DNA from: Armatimonadota bacterium
GTDB taxonomy: Bacteria; Armatimonadota; UBA5829; DSUL01
Direction of reading: 5' to 3'
NCBI GenBank assembly: GCA_039811685.1
Contig: JBDHZC010000001.1
Span: 416,001 to 480,000 of the forward strand
Length of the DNA stretch: 64,000 nt
This document shows positions 58,035-64,000 of this stretch, one piece after another; the first letter of the stretch is position 1, and every line of letters begins with the position of its first letter. The notes under the pieces were generated by a model that saw nothing but the letters and a program-made list of their open reading frames with translations, was not told where the DNA came from and did not search any database. Made by a program: the position numbers and the translations under genes.

Positions 58035-59203
58035 TGAATGCTCGCGAGCGCTTCAACGCGACAATGCACTACCTTCCGCGAGACAGAAGTCCGATCATGG
58101 ATTTTGGGTTTTGGAGTGAAACGCTTGTGACCTGGGAGCGCTACGGCTTGCCGCCCGGGACGGATACGGATGCGTTCTTCGGCATGGACCCTCAGTGGAT
58201 TGTGGCGCCAATCAACAGCCATTTGTACCCTGCTTTTGAGCATGTTGTTCTTGAGGATCGGGGAGAGACGGAAATTGTTCGAGATGGTGACGGGGTTACC
58301 AAAGAACAGGGAAAGTTTCTTGGTTCTATTCCAAGGCACATGGACCACGTTCTCAAGGATCGAGAAAGTTGGGAGAAAGAGTTCAGGTGGAGACTGGATG
58401 GGAGGCAACCTGAAAGGTATCCGCACGACTGGGCGTCTATACAACAACGCTTTCAAGATCCACAGCGAGATTATCCGATAGGAATTAACGCAGGCTCTCT
58501 ATATGGCTGGTTGCGCAACTGGATGGGACTGGAAGCCATCTCTATGCTGGTCTACGATGACCCTGCCCTCTTTGAAGAGATGGTTGAGGTGGTTACGGAC
58601 TGCATCATTGACAGCATGTCCCCAGCATTGGAGAGCGGCATTCAGTTTGACTATGCGCTGATGTGGGAGGACATGTGCTATCGCGCGGGCCCGCTTCTCT
58701 CCCCTGCGGTATTCAAACGGGTACTCGTGCCCAACTTCAAACGTATCACCGACACCCTGGCACGCTTCGGCGTTGATGTTGTCATCACGGACTGCGACGG
58801 TGAGATCACCCAGCTACTGCCGCTCTGGCTCGAGAGTGGCGTAAACTGCATGTTTCCTCTGGAAGTAGGCGCATGGGGCGCAGACCCTGTCGAGTTTAGA
58901 AAAAAGTATGGGCGAGACTTGCTGATGATGGGTGGCGTTGGAAAGCGTGTGCTGGCGGGACCAAAAGAGCAGATTCGGGCAGAGGTCGAGAGACTCGCAC
59001 CCCTGGTTGAAGACGGCGGCTATATTCCCACACCTGATCACCGTGTCCCGCCAGATGTGCCACTGGACAACTACATCTACTATCTTGATACAGCCAAAGA
59101 GATATGGGGCAAAGGTCTGCCGAACCTGCTACCGACGGCGCCGCAGGGGCTCGAGCTTCCCAAAGCTGACCCCGACAGGTATTCCTGGCATCTAGGCGAC
59201 TGA
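58034..59203 (+). CDS. URO-D/MtaA-family methyltransferase-like protein
   Basis: MNARERF, LRNWMG.E, WEDM....GPLLSP, DCDG, GGYIP.PDH.VPPDVPL.NY. Confidence 0.88.
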   Translation: MNARERFNATMHYLPRDRSPIMDFGFWSETLVTWERYGLPPGTDTDAFFGMDPQWIVAPINSHLYPAFEHVVLEDRGETEIVRDGDGVTKEQGKFLGSIPRHMDHVLKDRESWEKEFRWRLDGRQPERYPHDWASIQQRFQDPQRDYPIGINAGSLYGWLRNWMGLEAISMLVYDDPALFEEMVEVVTDCIIDSMSPALESGIQFDYALMWEDMCYRAGPLLSPAVFKRVLVPNFKRITDTLARFGVDVVITDCDGEITQLLPLWLESGVNCMFPLEVGAWGADPVEFRKKYGRDLLMMGGVGKRVLAGPKEQIRAEVERLAPLVEDGGYIPTPDHRVPPDVPLDNYIYYLDTAKEIWGKGLPNLLPTAPQGLELPKADPDRYSWHLGD

Positions 59204-59278
59204 AGCGATAGCAAGGCACAGCAATTCAGTTAGCAGGATGATGGCACAATACTGTTTGATTTTGAAAGTGGGAGAAGT

Positions 59279-60313
59279 ATGAACGGAAGAGAGCGCTTTT
59301 TTGCGCATCTGCGGGGAGAGGCGGTCGATCATCTGCCCTGTCTGCCGATTACGATGCAGTTTGCGGCAGACCTGATCGGCGTTCCCTACAAGGAATACGC
59401 TACAGACTACAGGGCTCTGGTGCGCGGGCAGATCGCAGTGGCTGAAACATTTGGGCTTGACTACGTGAATACCATGTCCGACCCGGCTTGTGAAGCTGCA
59501 GACTGCGGAGCGAAGATTACCTTTCACCCAGATCAGCCCCCTGCGGTGAATGAGTCCGAGTCACTGCTGATGGACAAAGAGACACTCGTACACCTCAAGC
59601 AGCCAGACCCCAGCTCGACAGAGCGCATGAGCAACCGCTTGAAGGCCCTGTCTTTCTATAAGGAGCAGGTTGGCGGGCAGCTTATGATTGAAGGCTGGAT
59701 TGAAGGTCCGTTAGCGGAAGCCGCTGATCTGCGTGGAATCAACAGAGTCATGCTCGACTTCCTTGACGACCCGTCATTTGTGCGTGACCTCTTCGAATTT
59801 GTCCTTGAGATGGAGCTCCGCTTTGCGAAGGCTCAGGTAGATTCCGGAGCAGAGCAGATCGGAATTGGGGATGCCGCGGCCTCTCTGGTCGGCCCCAAAA
59901 TCTATAAAGAGTTCGTGTGGCCTTATCAGAAGCGAATGGTGGATGCGCTCCACGAGATGGGAGTGAGCGTTCGTCTTCACATCTGTGGCAACACCAGCAA
60001 GATACTTGAAGGAATGGGCAAGCTGGGGTGTGACATCGTAGAGCTGGATTCACTGGTGTCAATGGCCGATGCGCGCGAGACGATGGGCGCTGAGCAGATA
60101 CTGCTTGGGAACATTGATCCCGTGCGCGTCGTGCGTAATACAAACCCAGATACGGTGCGCGAGGCGCTGGAAGAGAGCCACCGCGAAGCGGGCCATCGCT
60201 ATATGGTGGGCGCGGGCTGCGAAGTGCCCAGGGATACACCAAAGGAGAATATGCAGGCTATCGTTGACTATGCCCGGCAACACTCGCCGGACCGCTGGGA
60301 GGAGTCCAGGTGA
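59279..60313 (+). CDS. MtaA/CmuA-family methylcobamide methyltransferase
   Basis: GPLAEAA.LRG, GDAAAS, LHICGN, GNIDP, GAGCEVP (His-Cys-Cys Zn set). Confidence 0.9.
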   Translation: MNGRERFFAHLRGEAVDHLPCLPITMQFAADLIGVPYKEYATDYRALVRGQIAVAETFGLDYVNTMSDPACEAADCGAKITFHPDQPPAVNESESLLMDKETLVHLKQPDPSSTERMSNRLKALSFYKEQVGGQLMIEGWIEGPLAEAADLRGINRVMLDFLDDPSFVRDLFEFVLEMELRFAKAQVDSGAEQIGIGDAAASLVGPKIYKEFVWPYQKRMVDALHEMGVSVRLHICGNTSKILEGMGKLGCDIVELDSLVSMADARETMGAEQILLGNIDPVRVVRNTNPDTVREALEESHREAGHRYMVGAGCEVPRDTPKENMQAIVDYARQHSPDRWEESR

Positions 60314-61848
60314 GCGACAAGAGGACCCACCGTATCCGGCTTCAGCCGATCGGAGTAGAGATTGAGGCGGAGCACGGAGCGCCGCTAAGGGACTTTTTGT
60401 TTGAGCAGGGAGTTGAGTTCCCGTGCGGCGGACAGGCGCGCTGCCGTGGTTGCAGAGTGCTGGTTCACGAAGGAAACGTGACAGCGACACCTGCCCAATG
60501 CGCCAAGTTGTCTGAGGCGGAGATTGAGGCGGGATGGCGTCTGAGTTGCCAGTGCAACGTCGAAGACGACCTGGTTATAGAGCTGCGCCAGTGGGATGCC
60601 GCAATACTGGCAAATGATACAGCATTCACGTTTACACCGCAGGATGGTCTTGGAGTCGCTGTGGATATCGGCACGACCACAATGGTGGCGCAGCTTCTCG
60701 ACATGAGCACGGGACACGTTCTTGGTGTGAGGACGGCGCTGAACTCGCAGGCTCGCTTTGGGGCAGATATTATGAGCCGGGTTCACTACTCGGTAGCGGG
60801 CGGCGGACAGGAGCAGCTTACAACGTCCGTCCGGGTGCAAATAAGCGGGCTTATTCAGGGGCTGCTGACTAAAGCGGAAGTGGAAGACACAGATCTTCGC
60901 CGCGTTGTCCTGGTCGGCAACAGCGTGATGCACCACCTCTTCTGTGGCATTGATCTCGAGCCACTCTCTCACGTGCCCTTCGAGCCTGTGGACGACGGAC
61001 TTCAGACATTCAGCGGACGCGACCTGGGCTGGAAAATCGCTCAAGACACCAAGGTGGAGTTTTTGCCTTGTCTGGGTGGATTTGTTGGCAGCGATATACT
61101 GGCGGGCATTCTGGCTACGGGCGTAGCTGACAGCTCAAAGCTCGTGGGCCTCGTGGATATAGGCACAAATGGCGAAATCGTGTTTGGAACGCGGGACCGC
61201 CTGATCTGCGCATCCGCGGCCGCGGGGCCGGCGTTCGAAGGCGCTCTCATCTCAGTAGGCATGCGGGCGGCGTCCGGAGCTATCTGGCGCGTATCGAGCA
61301 ATGGGCACGGCATGCAATGCGAAGTGCTTGGCGACGAGGAAGCTCGCGGGATATGTGGCAGCGGTCTGGTGGACGCAGTGGCTGTCGGTCTGGATGTTGG
61401 GCGGGTGCTCCCTTCTGGTCGGCTCGCGGACGGAAGCAGCACCCTTGGTCTCACTGAACACGTAGCGCTAACGCAGACGGACATTCGCCAGCTTCAGCTT
61501 GCAAAGGGCGCAATTGCTGCTGGAATCAGGATTGTCCTGAAGGATCTCGGGGCGGATCTGTCAGACGTCGAGCAGATCTTTCTTGCTGGGGCTTTTGGCA
61601 ACTATGTGAGTCACCAAAGCGCGCGGCGCATTGGTCTGGTCAACTTCCCTGATGAGAAGATTGAAGCCTCTGGTAACACAGCTCTTCTCGGCGCCAAACT
61701 GGCGCTGTTCAATCAGGGTGACAACAGCTATTCAGAAATCCTGAACAAGATTGAACATATCACGCTCAGCAGCGATATGGAGTTTCAGGAGATCTATGTG
61801 GATGAGATGAGCTTTCCGTCAGACGCAGTTGAACGTGCGACGACGTAG
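60310..61848 (+). CDS. RACo-type ATP-dependent corrinoid reductive activator (2Fe-2S + ASKHA)
   Basis: CGG.ARC.GC...RLSC, DIGTTT, FGADIMSR, GFVGSD, DIGTNGE, GPAFEG, GICGSG, LAGAFG. Confidence 0.93.
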   Translation: MSDKRTHRIRLQPIGVEIEAEHGAPLRDFLFEQGVEFPCGGQARCRGCRVLVHEGNVTATPAQCAKLSEAEIEAGWRLSCQCNVEDDLVIELRQWDAAILANDTAFTFTPQDGLGVAVDIGTTTMVAQLLDMSTGHVLGVRTALNSQARFGADIMSRVHYSVAGGGQEQLTTSVRVQISGLIQGLLTKAEVEDTDLRRVVLVGNSVMHHLFCGIDLEPLSHVPFEPVDDGLQTFSGRDLGWKIAQDTKVEFLPCLGGFVGSDILAGILATGVADSSKLVGLVDIGTNGEIVFGTRDRLICASAAAGPAFEGALISVGMRAASGAIWRVSSNGHGMQCEVLGDEEARGICGSGLVDAVAVGLDVGRVLPSGRLADGSSTLGLTEHVALTQTDIRQLQLAKGAIAAGIRIVLKDLGADLSDVEQIFLAGAFGNYVSHQSARRIGLVNFPDEKIEASGNTALLGAKLALFNQGDNSYSEILNKIEHITLSSDMEFQEIYVDEMSFPSDAVERATT

Positions 61849-62045
61849 CGCGGGCATGCCGTCTTCAACAGGGGTCTGTGTGTCACTGGCGACGAGGCTC
61901 CACCTCCACTGATCCACTTTCAAAGCCCCGCCGTTGCCTTGCTGGCGTGCCAATGCCGATGACACGTGCGTCGCATTGCGGAGAAGGGTTCAGGCGAGAG
62001 GCGGGTGAACACAGTACCACTCCACCGCAACGAGGGTAGACTGCA

Positions 62046-64000
62046 ATGATCGCTTTCAGTGCTTTTGGCCGCGCTGCTATCGAAGCTTTGGGACGCGCGA
62101 TCAGCGCCGCTAAGACCCAGCAGGCTCTGGCCCCGGTTACAGTAGTCGTTGACAGCCCAACCCCGGGACTTCACCTGCGACGTACGCTGCCGCTGATCAT
62201 GCGCTCATGCGGACAGAATCACAACGGGCTTCTCAACGTTCGATTTATGGCGCTTGCTCGCGTCGCAGAGCTTCTCAGCGCTACAGAACTGGGCCGGAAG
62301 GGCTTGCGGCCGGCTTCCAGAGCAATGAAAGCCGAGTTAGTCAGGCGCTGTCTCGCTGAGCGTCCAGGTGTTTTCGAGCCCGTGCGCTCCCACCCCTCTA
62401 CTGTTCAGTCTCTGCTTGCGGTTTTTCCTCATCTGCGACAGGCGCTGGAATCCACAACAAAGCATCTGAGCAACGCCAGCCCGCGCGCAGCAAGCGTGGT
62501 ATCTCTGTTTCACGCTTATCACAATTCTCTAAGAGAACTTCAGTTGTATGACTCCGTGGACGTACTGGAAATCGCCACGCGCGCTGTAGACGCCGGCAGC
62601 GCTGCTTTGACCGACATTGGGCACGTCATTGTCTACCTTCCGCCAAAGCTGAACGGAGCGCAGACCGAACTGCTTAAGAAGCTGCAGGAGCGAGAGCAGC
62701 TTTCGATGATTCTGGGGTTAACGGGCGACCAGGAGGCGGATGCTGAGGCTCTTGAGCTGGGCGCGGCATTCGGCACAAGCCCGCCAGCGCCTCAGACATA
62801 CCGCCCACCATGTCCAGATCTGCTAGTTGTCGCTCAGGATTCAGAGGAAGAGATTCGCGAGGTCATGCGCCAGGTCATGGCACGCGCTCACAGCGGTGTT
62901 CCACTCTACCGGATTGGCGTAGTGTTCCGCCAGGCAGAGCCTTATGCCCAGGCGATAATTGAAGCTGTCACCAGTGCCGGGATACCGTGTAATGGACACT
63001 CGACGCGTCGGCTTTCGGAGAGCTTCGCTGGCAGAGTTCTCCTTGGCGCGCTCAGGCTGGAAGGAAGCCGCTGGAGAAGACACGATGTTATGGACTGGCT
63101 TACGTGCGCTCCAATCAGAAATCCGCAAGGCGACGTGATCGAAGCTGCGGCCTGGGAGAGACTGGCGCGGTTGGCGGGTGTTGTTCAGACGAAGGAAGCG
63201 TGGGAGCAAAAACTCACGGCATACACCAGGCTCATGCGCGCAAAGAGCGAGCGAGCTTCTCCGGAGGACGACTCTCTGACGGACTACGCTCGCCAGGCGA
63301 CGTACGCAGATACGCTCTTGAGGTTTGTCAGGAATCTGTTTGAAAATCTGGCCATGCGGCCGCAAGATCGCTGGACTGGCTACGTGTCCGTTTCGAAGCA
63401 GATATTGAAAGACTACCTTTGCGCGGAGCAACACGCAGGCGACGACTGGACCGAATCAGAGAAAAGCGCTCTTGAGCAGACGCTGAAAGCGCTGGACGGA
63501 CTGGAAGAACTCGAGGCGCTCGGCGATGGCGAAGTCAGTCTCGAGACTTTCACGCAGGCTCTGGAACAGCAGCTCTCTGGCAGCTCTTCTTCAGAAGGAA
63601 AGTACGGGCACGGACTTTTTATCGGCACTCTATCCGAAGCGGCGAGGATGGATTTTGATTGCGTATTCATTGTTGGGATGACAGAAGGAAGCGTGCCAGT
63701 CCTGTCCCCGGACAACCCCCTGATACCGGAGCACGAACGAAAGGAAGGCGATGGGCTCGAGTCACTGGCCACAACGATCGCCCAGGAGCGAAGAGAATAT
63801 CTGGGCGCGTTAGCAGCCGGCGCAGAGCAAGTCTTGCTCACTCCGCGCGTAGATCAGGGGGCGGGACGCGAAAACCTGCCATCCCGGTGGTTCCTGGACG
63901 CAGCCAGCGAGCATGCGCAAGAGACTGTCACCAGCAGAGATCTCGAGGCTCTGATAGAAGAGCCGTGGTTCAAGAGGCTGCCCAGCTTTGAGGGATCACT
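62046..64000 (+). CDS. AddB/RexB-like helicase-nuclease subunit (3'-truncated; absent from ORF track)
   Basis: Segments translated by hand in one frame: LAPVTVVV...GLLNVRF..LARVAELL; EEEIREV...RIGVVFR...AGIP; DFDCVFIVGMTEGSVP. Runs off the window end. Confidence 0.8.
   Translation, partial: MIAFSAFGRAAIEALGRAISAAKTQQALAPVTVVVDSPTPGLHLRRTLPLIMRSCGQNHNGLLNVRFMALARVAELLSATELGRKGLRPASRAMKAELVRRCLAERPGVFEPVRSHPSTVQSLLAVFPHLRQALESTTKHLSNASPRAASVVSLFHAYHNSLRELQLYDSVDVLEIATRAVDAGSAALTDIGHVIVYLPPKLNGAQTELLKKLQEREQLSMILGLTGDQEADAEALELGAAFGTSPPAPQTYRPPCPDLLVVAQDSEEEIREVMRQVMARAHSGVPLYRIGVVFRQAEPYAQAIIEAVTSAGIPCNGHSTRRLSESFAGRVLLGALRLEGSRWRRHDVMDWLTCAPIRNPQGDVIEAAAWERLARLAGVVQTKEAWEQKLTAYTRLMRAKSERASPEDDSLTDYARQATYADTLLRFVRNLFENLAMRPQDRWTGYVSVSKQILKDYLCAEQHAGDDWTESEKSALEQTLKALDGLEELEALGDGEVSLETFTQALEQQLSGSSSSEGKYGHGLFIGTLSEAARMDFDCVFIVGMTEGSVPVLSPDNPLIPEHERKEGDGLESLATTIAQERREYLGALAAGAEQVLLTPRVDQGAGRENLPSRWFLDAASEHAQETVTSRDLEALIEEPWFKRLPSFEGS

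Noticed and set aside
1..64000. CRISPR array, IS element or rRNA
   Set aside because: No regularly spaced repeats, transposase motifs or rRNA-like sequence; intergenic gaps are short.

Overview
Gene-dense bacterial chromosomal window, roughly 55-60% GC by eye. I found no CRISPR array, integrase, transposase or prophage. Housekeeping blocks are uvrC-ogt, yvlD-rapZ-yvcK-maf, htpX, rpsF-ssb-rpsR, rpmB, argS, alaS-ruvX-mltG-yqeG, tRNA-Lys, purA and murA-mreB. They are interleaved with carbohydrate-processing genes: GH51-like, GH20, GH130, a putative clan GH-A protein, a sulfatase, a CE4 deacetylase, an HGSNAT-like protein and several sugar kinases. Near the end is a cobalamin-dependent methyltransfer cluster (corrinoid protein, four URO-D/MtaA-family paralogs, RACo-type activator), followed by a truncated AddB/RexB-like gene that the ORF track missed. 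Gene order and the secreted-protein architecture suggest a Terrabacteria lineage such as Armatimonadota (inference only). Best leads: (1) a shared ~180-200 aa two-repeat C-terminal domain on two otherwise unrelated secreted proteins, a candidate surface-sorting or anchoring tag; (2) the corrinoid cluster, whose four paralogs carry four different metal-ligand motifs; (3) an ArgRS whose HIGH motif reads TVAS; (4) a LysR regulator divergent from purA with a perfect LysR box; (5) a probable CTG start for maf; (6) a divergent GalK-like kinase paired with GH130. All family calls come from motif recognition by eye; no database search was run.
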